Positions 36,781 through 46,581 of a stretch of 64,000 nucleotides of DNA are shown here, one piece after another. A program made the position numbers and the translations under genes. The notes beneath the pieces are model-generated. The model worked only from the letters and a program-made list of their open reading frames with translations, ran no database searches and was not told the DNA's origin. The stretch covers positions 1-64,000 of the IMG/VR virus record IMGVR_UViG_3300032073_000004; one strand, given 5' to 3'. Each line of letters opens with the position of its first letter. Within the stretch, counting starts at the first letter, position 1. The DNA is from an uncultured virus (IMG/VR IMGVR_UViG_3300032073_000004). Taxonomy: Duplodnaviria; Heunggongvirae; Uroviricota; Caudoviricetes.

Positions 36781-37919
36781 TATTCTGTATCTCCTTCATC
36801 ACATGGCTCGCCAGTGGGGTTAGAGACTTCGTAAATATCTTCCTGTGAAACGTCACTTTCTTCGGAACCAGCTTTGGCAGTCGCTTCAATATTCCTCAAA
36901 GGTATCTGAGCTATTTCGTCCATGGTCAGAGTGGCAAATTTGCTTGTCTCGTAGTCTCTACTTGCCTCTGATGTGTTATCTTCAATCAGGATATTGCTGT
37001 TTCTTCCTCTCAAGTTTCCTTTACCGCCAAGCCTTGAACCTGCAAACGAACTCTTAACAACATCTCTTGGTATCTGGCTATCTGTCTCTATGTTCAAAAA
37101 GTATGATGCATATGAGGGGTCTGTTCTCATATCATTTATTATATCCCGACCATCACCGAGTAAAATGTCGTCAACAATGCCTTCGCTTTTTTTCTCAAAA
37201 AACAATGGCCTGAGCTCTTCTCTATAGTGTTTGTCTGAGGATGTTCCTTGGATATTATTATCTTCCACTTCTTCTATCTCGAAAAGCTCAATGTCAAAAT
37301 TATCAAAAGACTCTGGAGAGTTTGCCTCTCCGATGTTTATCACCAGCTCACCAGATGACATATCAAGAGTGAGTGCGGTACCGTCTGGAAATATCTTTCC
37401 GTAAAGGTTGGCCATGCGGTCTGGCACTTCGACTGGCTTAACGGAACAAGTTAAATCTTGAAGGTTTATTTGTGGTATGTTTTCTGATTCGATTGTTTCT
37501 TTTGTGCCAGATGATACTTTCCACACCACTTGGCTGCTTTGTGCGTTTGAGGATATGCTTCCCCTGGCAACGTACACGTCCCACGAAGGCTGATAGTCTG
37601 TCAGTGGGTCTGAGTTTCCTATTCTGTTAGTTAGCAATCCTCTTTTCTCGTCTGAAACCTGTCTTGCTGTTGTTCTAAGTTTTACTTTTCTATCCGAGCC
37701 TACCCTAGAGGATAGTGGCTTTATCCTTGTGCTTCTCTTTATTCTAGTGTTTGCGGAAGAGGGATTTTCGGAGAAGCCGGCATGGTTCGTATCATATAAT
37801 ATATCATCATCAAAAAATGCATAATGAGCTGCCTTCAGCTTTCCAGAAGAATATAGGTGCCTGCCGAACTTAGTTAAAGTTAGCTCAATAACTTGCTCTT
37901 TTCTGTCGAAAAATGTCAT
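36780..37919 (-). CDS. Baseplate/tail structural protein, N-terminus related to 29929..30852
   Basis: VIELTLTKFGR......YAFFDDDILYD parallels IILDAVLTDTGR......FALGDDEINY. Confidence 0.7.
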   Translation of the reverse strand: MTFFDRKEQVIELTLTKFGRHLYSSGKLKAAHYAFFDDDILYDTNHAGFSENPSSANTRIKRSTRIKPLSSRVGSDRKVKLRTTARQVSDEKRGLLTNRIGNSDPLTDYQPSWDVYVARGSISSNAQSSQVVWKVSSGTKETIESENIPQINLQDLTCSVKPVEVPDRMANLYGKIFPDGTALTLDMSSGELVINIGEANSPESFDNFDIELFEIEEVEDNNIQGTSSDKHYREELRPLFFEKKSEGIVDDILLGDGRDIINDMRTDPSYASYFLNIETDSQIPRDVVKSSFAGSRLGGKGNLRGRNSNILIEDNTSEASRDYETSKFATLTMDEIAQIPLRNIEATAKAGSEESDVSQEDIYEVSNPTGEPCDEGDTE

Positions 37920-40900
37920 TTACGTTTTCCTCTAACCGACCACGAGAACCTGTGCCCTAATATATTTACCATCTGCTTTAGGTTTTTAGCCTGTCGTTTT
38001 GTCATCCTCTGCCTAAAGGGACTGATAGAAGACAATACTCTTGCCGACTTTCTCCCTAAGCCTGTGATCTTACCTCTCTTCGAGTTTGTTAATTTTGTAT
38101 TTCTTCTTGCTCTTCTTTTGCGCTTTCTCTTCATAGCTCGCCTGCTGGCTCTTTTTTTCTTCCCTGCTGCCCTTATTCTGCGTATACGCGCAATTCTCGC
38201 CATGATTCTGCGTCGTCGTCTTTTGGCATATGCTGCTTCACTGTCTAGTGGCAATCTGCTAAGAAGGTCATTTAGTCTTTTTAATTCTGCATCGTTTAAT
38301 TCTGGTGGTTCTCCCAGTGTATCATCTATGTCTTCGCTTGTAAAGGTAGTTGTGCCTAAAAGAGTGTTTAGTGCTCTCGTCCTATCTTCGCTAGTAATCG
38401 TAGGCGTTCTGCCGTCAACAGAAACCTTTGACGACATATTGATTGTTGCGTCCACCTTGGCAGTCTCCAGTAAAGAAAAATAATCATATGGCCAGTTGTA
38501 GGATCTGTTTTCGTTAATTCTTAACTTCGCGTCGCCAGCGAATGAAACTAAAAAGTTGTTATCATCTCTGGAGTCTGCTGTCGTTCTAAAGTAATTCTTC
38601 TTTGCTTTTTTCTTTACTTTAAAAATAGCGAACTTCAGGCCTTCCGGCGGGCGTCCACCAAAGACTCCGAAAAAGTCCTTAATAGAAACTTTGAGTCTAT
38701 CTTCAAAAAGTTCCCCATCCATGTTCCTTGCTATCTTCGGAGACAAGCCTTGCCAGATGTCTGAAAGGTCTTCCCTATCAAATGTGTGATCCACCTTAAC
38801 AAAGAACATTGCAAATTTTTGTCTTATCTTGTTACCATAGCTCAAGAAGTCTAGTCTTGGCGGTAGATGATACTTCTTCATATCCGCTATCATATCGGGA
38901 ATCCTGTATATTCCGTCGTCACTTTCTCCGAACTTCATACTTCTTTTGATGCTGTTCGTCGTGAGCTTAATAGGGGAGAATTTTTCTCTATCAAGAAAAG
39001 ACTTTCCTGTTGTGTAATTTCTTCTTTCAATATATGGCAAAATCAATAATGCTTCCTCAACGGTCTTGGACTCTGCCAGTTTACTTACTCTCTTTGTCTC
39101 CGGCTCAAAACCAACAACATCGACAAGAGAGCCTGTGGTTGCCCCATATGCCCCTTGAGAAAAACTGTCTCGAACAGTGAGAGACGGCAGCACCTCTTCT
39201 GAGTATGTTCCGTAGTTTGTCCACTGTGTTTTTGGCTTCTCATATGACAGAGAAGTCATGTTGAAAGAAGATTCTACGGCTGTGTTGTGAGAGGTATATT
39301 TTGATGAGTATGCCGAGTCGTTGTCTCTACTGTCTAATACCGGACTTTCATATTTAGTTGATATAACCCACCTTGCATTGTCTTGATTTCCCTTTTCTAA
39401 ATCGAATGAGGTGATGTTCCCCTCACTATCAAACTTTGTGTTACCTGGGTCTACTGTCACTCCGAAAAGATCAAGGGAAGAGCTCAGAGTCATCTTCGAT
39501 TTCTCCTGGGTGGTTGTTAGTTTTTTGTATCTTCTCTTTCTTCCCGAATGAGTAGCAACCCTATCTTCATCTATCAGCAAAATATTCTCAACAGTTGCGC
39601 TCTCAAAAATCTCTCGTATTGTCGGCTTTACTGAAGTTGTGGGCTTATATTTAATACGAGCAATTGCCTCTCCGTAAAAGTGGGGAGGAGTATAGGAAAC
39701 ATAGCCTGGGTCCATGACCCTATCAACACCTAGACCAAAAAGTTTTCCATGCTGCTTGTTGACAAAAGCTCCCTGGTGAGAAGTTGATCCTGAGATTGTC
39801 TTATTTGCAAAAGTCACTGCGTTTTGGTTTCCAAGGTTTCCAACAGAAGTTGATTGGGCCAAGGCACCGGTAAACATCATAATACAGTTCGAAGTATTGG
39901 AAGAGATCACCGGGTTCGAGTCACCACTAGCCCCAGAAGGAGCTGACATGTAGTAGCTCAGTCCTGCGGTTCTTAGGCCGAGGTCGGAAGCAACACCAGC
40001 GCCGTGACCAGTGAAAACAAAGAGGTTGTGATCTGGGTTGTTGGGGTTTCCTCCGTACAAAAGCTTCACAGGAACCTTGCCAACGGTATCTGATGCTGCA
40101 TTGTGGGCAGTTTTTTGAATTGGGAATACGCTCTGTCTCGGCACATAGTCTCCACTCTGAGAGTAGAAATTCATCACAGCAAGGCCACCAGTAAGGTAGG
40201 TTCCGTTCATTCCACTAGCTGACATCTGCGGAATGGTTGCAGCAACATAAATTTCTGGTCTTCCCGTTGTCTTGTTGAATATCGCTTCTGCGTCAATGTG
40301 ATAACCAAAACCTGCGTTGGCGGTGTTAGCTGTACCGAAACCGTTTCTGTACTGTACGAATCTTTTAACATCTCCGCTAGATGTAACATATGTAGAGTGA
40401 GATGCAGATATAGTAGCTTGCAAGCCGTGGAAGCCGGTTGAGGAAGAAGAGTACAGGCGAATTCTGCCATGCTCCATATCATGAGGAGTCGAGTCTGTAT
40501 CGACAGCATCTCCTGCTGTAAAGTAATATATTTCTTTTTTGGTTCCGGTTGGATCAATAGCAATTGCGACTGAAGAGCCTTGCTGTCCACCAGCGTCAGA
40601 GACGTTCGTCGAAAAAATGGAGCCGGCATTATGATGAACTTTTTTGTTCTCTCCGAGGCCCGGATCTTGAACAAGCCACCTGTATGCTGCTCCTCTTTTT
40701 GAGTTATAGCTCGGAACACCTGCAACAATATGAAGGCCTGAAATTTTATTTCCTGGGTCATCTGGAAATTCAACATACTGCATGTCAATGAGAGAGGTTT
40801 TTGAACCAAGTTCCCAATCAAAAGAAGCAGTTGCAATACCGCGATAACTGTTCGAGGATGATGTTAGGACAGTCTGATATTCGTTCTGGGATGTGCCCTG

Positions 40901-43900
40901 TGTGATAGAGAAGCCTGAACTTTTGCTATGGAAAAGAAACAATATTCCCTTATTGGCCAAAACGCTGTCTCCGTTTGAAAGAGAGCCTGTTGGGTGAGGC
41001 GGAGCTGCAGATAGCAAATAGATGCCTCCCTTTGTGTCATCACACATTTTTAAAGAGCCGCCGCACAAACCACCGTAACTGCTGGTTGTAAAGTGGTTTC
41101 TTGAGCCCTGTAAACCATCAGAAAAGTGACTAGACGTTATAAAGGTGTAGTGTGTTGATGTCGGTGTGCCATCAGAATTTATCTTAAAACCATCCTCATC
41201 TCCTTTGAGAAGGTGAAGTGCGCCATATTTATCTGGCTCTCCATCAACATAAAAATAAGGATCTGATATAGCTAAATGAAGACCTGCTGAACCATATGAT
41301 AGTTTCGCGGTGCTAGGAGTTGATAGTGTTTTTGAAGAACCATGCCCATTACCTGGCAAGACCCTGTAAGGGTCGAAGTTATATTGGGCTGAAATGTATC
41401 CGTTTTTATTCAGTCCGTCCAGTGAAATATCCTGAACTTTTTGCCAGCCGGCGTCATCTAAGTAATTCTTCCAAACAGAAACAATTTCCTTTCCGTATAT
41501 GTTCAGGTCTGGATTGGTCGCAGCGGATGCGCCCCTGGCTGATGGCGACATATTTCTAGTAGAGATGCCGCATGCATAGTATGCGTCACTGCCGCTGATA
41601 GCATCAGTAAAAACAACATCGGCAGAGAAGAAGGGGTCTGGTACGACGCGCTTGCTGCCCGAATACTCTACAAATTTGTTAAGCTGCTCGATGTCTGATA
41701 ATCTCACATCCATGTAATAACTTTTGCTTGGATCTAAATCGTCTGCAAAATCTGACTGTTTTTTTGATTTAAAGGAGGTCAACTGTCCCTCTTCTAGAAA
41801 AAAGTCAACACTTTCTGCAAGGAAGTTGTGCATCGCCAGCTCAAACTTTGAGTTGTTAAAAATACCGTCCCACGAGAACTGATATGGAAACTGCAGTGCT
41901 ATTTCATTGTCTGATACGAAACTTGAAACAAAACGTATTTTATCTCCCGCAGGCAATCTACTAGGCACATACAGGCTATCAAAAGGTAGCCTAAAATCTG
42001 GCTTTGTTGATAAATTAAATTCTCCAAACGTATTATCGCCCCCCTCAATCACTGTAGGTGCACTAGCCGTATAAATGGGATAGTCTACTGCAAGGCCGCT
42101 CTTTAAAGAGTTATATAAAATACCAGGAGACATAAAAGGCTTGAGTAGTCCTTGCATGGCTCTCTTGTTCGAGTTGGTTGATGTTTTTTCTACGCCTTCC
42201 TCATATGCCTTAATTCTATTTTTAAAAGAAGAGCTGAGTATGTTTCCGAGCTGAACTGTTCTTGTTATCGGATAGAAGCCGTTCTCTATTCTCATTTTCT
42301 TTATTCCCGTAACGTCAATGTCCAGAGTAGAAAAGCCCATACCATAAGACAAATGATCTTCCGACAAATTTGTTTCTTGGGTGTGGAATTCCATTTCCTT
42401 TGTCGTCACATAGTTGTCGAAAAAATCTCCATCGGATAGGCCCAGAGAGGTGCCGATGCTGGAGGTGTGGGTTGCCCCTTTGCAACTCAAAATATCCCCT
42501 GTCAAAGAAGTTGGTTGGCTAGATTCTCCAACAATACTGTCAATGTGTTCTGAAATGTTATACTCTGGTAGTATCGACATGTCTTTGGCAATCCCACGAA
42601 AATCTTCTGAGTATTGCTCATACGAGTCAAAAAACGGCTTCTTGTTTGAACTCTCTTCTGTTAGGCGCTCCAAGTAATCCGAGCTAGTGTTGTTTTTACG
42701 AATATGAGTTACCTCGGCATAAGATAATGAGGGAACGGGGGAGTCCCCATATATGCTCTCGTCTGTGTCTTGCATGAGCTCCCCAACATTATTAGAATAA
42801 CTTCCTGACTCTTGAAAAGATTTAACACCATCTGTTCTCATTGGCCAAAAAGATGATGCAGGTTTTTCAGAACTAGATCCTGTGGCTGCAATTTTTACAT
42901 TCTTTATACCCCAGTTATCATAATCTTGGCCGCTGGCTTTTCTTTGGGCGATCCTTATGGAGTATGCACTGTTTGGGTTTGGTTCTCCAGAAACACTGGA
43001 AGATGGCCACACGTTTACGGTGATTGAATTCCAGACTCCTCTCGATACTGTAGAAAACTGCGATGTGGGTGTATCGTGCGGATAGGAAGCTCCATTGGGG
43101 CCACTGCCAGTAATATGAATAACATTGGACCACGAATTTGATCCTGTGGGCTTGACCTGTACATACAAAAATTCATTATTGTACCCGGTTTGAGTATCTA
43201 CATATTCAAAAAATTGGCCACCGACGGTTGTGTTGTTTCCGATAAGATATTCAAAGCTCAAAGAAGCGGTGGTGTTCGCGGCGAACGTTTTGTTTATTTC
43301 AAAAAATCTTCCGGTGTTTCCAGTGTCGCCAGTGAATTTCATTGAATATTCACCGGTGGAGGTATCTAGGTAAACAATACTACCATCATTTTTAAAAGTT
43401 TGTGATGGTAAGTTCGTAGAGGTGAAGGAAAAATCATATGTATCATTGTCCGTCACAACCAAAGCAGGATCGACACCCATTGAGTTAAGAGAGGTAGTAG
43501 AGCTTCTCTGCTCAGAATCTCTATAAAAAGTACGTTGAGTACCGTATGTCCTGTCATATCCGCCTGCTCCTTGGCCAGGGGCCTCTTTGTAACCCTCCCT
43601 CTTTCTGACGCTGGATAGGTAGGCCCTTTCTTTTCCTGGGTATATTTGTTCTGAATAAGAAAAATGTAAAACTTTGTTGATGTATTTCAATGCTGCATTA
43701 TTTATGAGGCTGCTCTCTCCCAACAAGAAGCTCTCCAAAAACTTGCTGTAAAATGTCCTCTCTTCGTCACCAGCGATTTCTAAGAGATTATTCACTTTTT
43801 CGTTATTATAATATCCCAAAAAGTTTCCATAAGAAGATACCAGATCGTAAGCGCCTACAGTAGCACCCTCGTCCAAGGACAAAGTGTGTGTTAGTGGTTT

Positions 43901-46576
43901 ATAAACTGACGTAATAGGCGGTTCCACAAAATGGTGGTTTTTTATATTTTCTTTGCTTGTTCCATCCTGCTTGTCTTCAACATCTATAGTTGTGACAGCA
44001 ACTATGTTATTTTTCTTAAAATATTTTGTTACAGGATCGTCTTTTCTTATTTGTCTCCAGGTAGAGTAATTGTATCTCTTCTCGAATTGTCTAGCTGATG
44101 ATGATAAGATAGAATATGTGTTTGTCTTTTGTTCTATAGAGTGCTCTTTTCTTACTTTCGAGCCCCAATATAACAGTGGTTGATCGTACCAGCGGCCCGT
44201 TGCTGCATTGCCCGGTGTGGCATTCCAAAACATCACTCTCAGTTTCTCATTATTTGGCCCTCGTTTGGCAGAGTTGTTGTTTAGAGCCAACTGTAATCTT
44301 CCCTGGTAGATGGAGGCGAAGGAGGAAGATGGGCTATTAGCATTCCAATATGCCAATCTCTCATAAGAAGTAAAATCAGAATTCGTTGAGCGTCCGACAA
44401 AGCGATTTACTTTTGGCGTGGTCCTGCCAGAATCACTTACGTTGTAATATATTGCATCTGCTGTCTTGATAATTTGATTTTCATGAAAAGGCCAATCTAC
44501 ATTAGTTATTGACGCATTCTGGTGGGTACCTGAAACGACAGTAATTACCCCTGGATGGGACCACAATGCTGTTCCTGACCAGGTGTTGTTCGCGGAGGAC
44601 GTTACCAAAGCCAGCCGACCAACATCAAATTCAGGCGTGTCGTATTCCGGCTCGCCAACAAAAACATATTGCTTTTGGTTCACCTCTTCGGCCATCACCG
44701 GTACTGCTCCTAAATAGTTAGTTCCCCAGCCTACCGCCTTTGTACTAGAATATACCGCACTTCCTGTTGTCCATGTTTTTCCACCATTGGTACTCAAGGA
44801 GTGCCGAAGAAATGAGCCTGTGCTTGAATTTCCTATATCTAGTGCGTATAAGTGATAGTTGCCCGACGAGTCGGCCTGCATATCCCAGTTTATATAAATG
44901 TTATCGTCTGTAGAATTATCCGATACATTGAACGACCACGGATTAAAACTGGCTGTTTTCGCTGACAAATGGAGATTTGGATCTGTCAAACTTCCAGTAA
45001 ACACTATCCAGCTCCCGTCAGCGTCTTCGCCCCCTCCTTTGGCCGTAACAACGCTCTTCTGTCTTGTGTTATCATGGTCAACCCTTATTGAAGCAAAGGG
45101 TCGATCAAGAAAAGGCTGGTGGCTAGAGAATGTTCCATTTGGAAAACTGGCTATTCTTTTATAAAATCTTTTGATGTTACTTTTCCATGAAGCGGTGGTT
45201 TCGTAAATTAAGTTGACAACGCCAGAGGCCGTTGCCTCGTGGAAAGACATATCATACGGCACCCCATACGATGAAGTCTTTGAAAGTTTTGTCAGTAAGT
45301 TATATTTCCCTGAATCTCCTACTGAGGAAAACACGGGAACGAAAGCCGACTGCATAGCCGACAATGCAATAAACCTCGTATTTAGTACCGACGAATAATG
45401 AGTTGCTAAAGTGGTGAGATTCATCTGGTATGATGCGGTCATTTCCGCAATTAAATTTACGGTGTCGAGATTGAAATCTATCTCCCTAAGAGTTCCGAAA
45501 GGGTCGAGTTCTCTGCTGGAAGTTACTGGGCTGTTCAAAAAGAACGGGCTAGCGGTGTGAAGCTTTAGGGCATTCGCATCTGGCTGATAACCATAAAGAA
45601 CTGAGGATGTTGTAGCAATTGTTCCAACGCTTTGCGTAATCCAAGCATACTGCAAGTCAGTCTGTGGAATGGGGTGCTGAATGAAATAGTTATCATGTAT
45701 CTGTCTTGTAGTCTCTGTGCCGTTAATAACAACTGGCACCTTCTTTGTATTTCTTGCTACTTTGTGAGTAGATGGTGTTGTTGCACTTCCCGATTCATAT
45801 CCGCCTTGCTTCGAGTGTCTTGTAAGTTGGTTTCTTAAAGTTGTTCTGTTTGGCAAGTTGCGAAATGGCATCGCATTGTAAACAGACATCTCTTCGCCTG
45901 CAGGGTTTAGGAAACCGCGAGACATCGTGTATCTGTCGCCAGGCGCAGAAAACTTGTTTACAAGAATTGCTTTTGTTGTCGATCTCGTTGGTAATGTATA
46001 GCTTCTTAGCGAGCCTGTATCATTCAAAGTGCTGTTAAGTACATCGCCCTCATGAGTCATTCTTTCCGGAAAGGCCTGATATGCTGTGCTGTTCTCTGCG
46101 AAGTCTCTTGGGTTTGTCGTTCTACCAACTGTTTGAACAACTTGATAAATTTCTTGATAGTTGCCGATGCTCTGAGAGCCTGTACCAAACTGAATGTTTG
46201 CTATGTTTAATGGTCGCTGCGCGACGCCATCGCGGTACAAAATAGCACGAGCTTGATGTAAAGTGGGGTGATCTGCGCCATAGACTTTTAGTTGGTTTGA
46301 GTCTGCAATGACAAACAGAGATTCTGCTCTGTTTATTTTCAGCATGCTACCTGTTACAATTTCCTGATGTCTATGTTGCCTGCCGCCGACCCATCTATTA
46401 GTAAAAGGGCCTTGCATGGGGACACTATCATCAGTAATCACCAAGTCTTCATGAAAATTGTTTATCTCAACAAACGGAGTAAAGTTTGTGTGCAAATCTG
46501 TCAAATACCCACCCTTGGCGGATGAGCTCATGATATTAAAAGGTGCGGTTAATTGTCCTGGATGTCTAAATGCCAT
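37916..46576 (-). CDS. Giant virion protein (2886 aa) with Asp-box, reelin-like and propeller-like segments and an Arg/Lys-rich C-terminus
   Basis: STNGGKTW Asp-box; IRIAQ...DNWGIKNVKI; IVAGVPSY...GAAY FG-GAP-like motif; YNWPYDYFSL; polybasic tail. Confidence 0.8.
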   Translation of the reverse strand: MAFRHPGQLTAPFNIMSSSAKGGYLTDLHTNFTPFVEINNFHEDLVITDDSVPMQGPFTNRWVGGRQHRHQEIVTGSMLKINRAESLFVIADSNQLKVYGADHPTLHQARAILYRDGVAQRPLNIANIQFGTGSQSIGNYQEIYQVVQTVGRTTNPRDFAENSTAYQAFPERMTHEGDVLNSTLNDTGSLRSYTLPTRSTTKAILVNKFSAPGDRYTMSRGFLNPAGEEMSVYNAMPFRNLPNRTTLRNQLTRHSKQGGYESGSATTPSTHKVARNTKKVPVVINGTETTRQIHDNYFIQHPIPQTDLQYAWITQSVGTIATTSSVLYGYQPDANALKLHTASPFFLNSPVTSSRELDPFGTLREIDFNLDTVNLIAEMTASYQMNLTTLATHYSSVLNTRFIALSAMQSAFVPVFSSVGDSGKYNLLTKLSKTSSYGVPYDMSFHEATASGVVNLIYETTASWKSNIKRFYKRIASFPNGTFSSHQPFLDRPFASIRVDHDNTRQKSVVTAKGGGEDADGSWIVFTGSLTDPNLHLSAKTASFNPWSFNVSDNSTDDNIYINWDMQADSSGNYHLYALDIGNSSTGSFLRHSLSTNGGKTWTTGSAVYSSTKAVGWGTNYLGAVPVMAEEVNQKQYVFVGEPEYDTPEFDVGRLALVTSSANNTWSGTALWSHPGVITVVSGTHQNASITNVDWPFHENQIIKTADAIYYNVSDSGRTTPKVNRFVGRSTNSDFTSYERLAYWNANSPSSSFASIYQGRLQLALNNNSAKRGPNNEKLRVMFWNATPGNAATGRWYDQPLLYWGSKVRKEHSIEQKTNTYSILSSSARQFEKRYNYSTWRQIRKDDPVTKYFKKNNIVAVTTIDVEDKQDGTSKENIKNHHFVEPPITSVYKPLTHTLSLDEGATVGAYDLVSSYGNFLGYYNNEKVNNLLEIAGDEERTFYSKFLESFLLGESSLINNAALKYINKVLHFSYSEQIYPGKERAYLSSVRKREGYKEAPGQGAGGYDRTYGTQRTFYRDSEQRSSTTSLNSMGVDPALVVTDNDTYDFSFTSTNLPSQTFKNDGSIVYLDTSTGEYSMKFTGDTGNTGRFFEINKTFAANTTASLSFEYLIGNNTTVGGQFFEYVDTQTGYNNEFLYVQVKPTGSNSWSNVIHITGSGPNGASYPHDTPTSQFSTVSRGVWNSITVNVWPSSSVSGEPNPNSAYSIRIAQRKASGQDYDNWGIKNVKIAATGSSSEKPASSFWPMRTDGVKSFQESGSYSNNVGELMQDTDESIYGDSPVPSLSYAEVTHIRKNNTSSDYLERLTEESSNKKPFFDSYEQYSEDFRGIAKDMSILPEYNISEHIDSIVGESSQPTSLTGDILSCKGATHTSSIGTSLGLSDGDFFDNYVTTKEMEFHTQETNLSEDHLSYGMGFSTLDIDVTGIKKMRIENGFYPITRTVQLGNILSSSFKNRIKAYEEGVEKTSTNSNKRAMQGLLKPFMSPGILYNSLKSGLAVDYPIYTASAPTVIEGGDNTFGEFNLSTKPDFRLPFDSLYVPSRLPAGDKIRFVSSFVSDNEIALQFPYQFSWDGIFNNSKFELAMHNFLAESVDFFLEEGQLTSFKSKKQSDFADDLDPSKSYYMDVRLSDIEQLNKFVEYSGSKRVVPDPFFSADVVFTDAISGSDAYYACGISTRNMSPSARGASAATNPDLNIYGKEIVSVWKNYLDDAGWQKVQDISLDGLNKNGYISAQYNFDPYRVLPGNGHGSSKTLSTPSTAKLSYGSAGLHLAISDPYFYVDGEPDKYGALHLLKGDEDGFKINSDGTPTSTHYTFITSSHFSDGLQGSRNHFTTSSYGGLCGGSLKMCDDTKGGIYLLSAAPPHPTGSLSNGDSVLANKGILFLFHSKSSGFSITQGTSQNEYQTVLTSSSNSYRGIATASFDWELGSKTSLIDMQYVEFPDDPGNKISGLHIVAGVPSYNSKRGAAYRWLVQDPGLGENKKVHHNAGSIFSTNVSDAGGQQGSSVAIAIDPTGTKKEIYYFTAGDAVDTDSTPHDMEHGRIRLYSSSSTGFHGLQATISASHSTYVTSSGDVKRFVQYRNGFGTANTANAGFGYHIDAEAIFNKTTGRPEIYVAATIPQMSASGMNGTYLTGGLAVMNFYSQSGDYVPRQSVFPIQKTAHNAASDTVGKVPVKLLYGGNPNNPDHNLFVFTGHGAGVASDLGLRTAGLSYYMSAPSGASGDSNPVISSNTSNCIMMFTGALAQSTSVGNLGNQNAVTFANKTISGSTSHQGAFVNKQHGKLFGLGVDRVMDPGYVSYTPPHFYGEAIARIKYKPTTSVKPTIREIFESATVENILLIDEDRVATHSGRKRRYKKLTTTQEKSKMTLSSSLDLFGVTVDPGNTKFDSEGNITSFDLEKGNQDNARWVISTKYESPVLDSRDNDSAYSSKYTSHNTAVESSFNMTSLSYEKPKTQWTNYGTYSEEVLPSLTVRDSFSQGAYGATTGSLVDVVGFEPETKRVSKLAESKTVEEALLILPYIERRNYTTGKSFLDREKFSPIKLTTNSIKRSMKFGESDDGIYRIPDMIADMKKYHLPPRLDFLSYGNKIRQKFAMFFVKVDHTFDREDLSDIWQGLSPKIARNMDGELFEDRLKVSIKDFFGVFGGRPPEGLKFAIFKVKKKAKKNYFRTTADSRDDNNFLVSFAGDAKLRINENRSYNWPYDYFSLLETAKVDATINMSSKVSVDGRTPTITSEDRTRALNTLLGTTTFTSEDIDDTLGEPPELNDAELKRLNDLLSRLPLDSEAAYAKRRRRRIMARIARIRRIRAAGKKKRASRRAMKRKRKRRARRNTKLTNSKRGKITGLGRKSARVLSSISPFRQRMTKRQAKNLKQMVNILGHRFSWSVRGKRK

Positions 46577-46581
46577 ATTCT

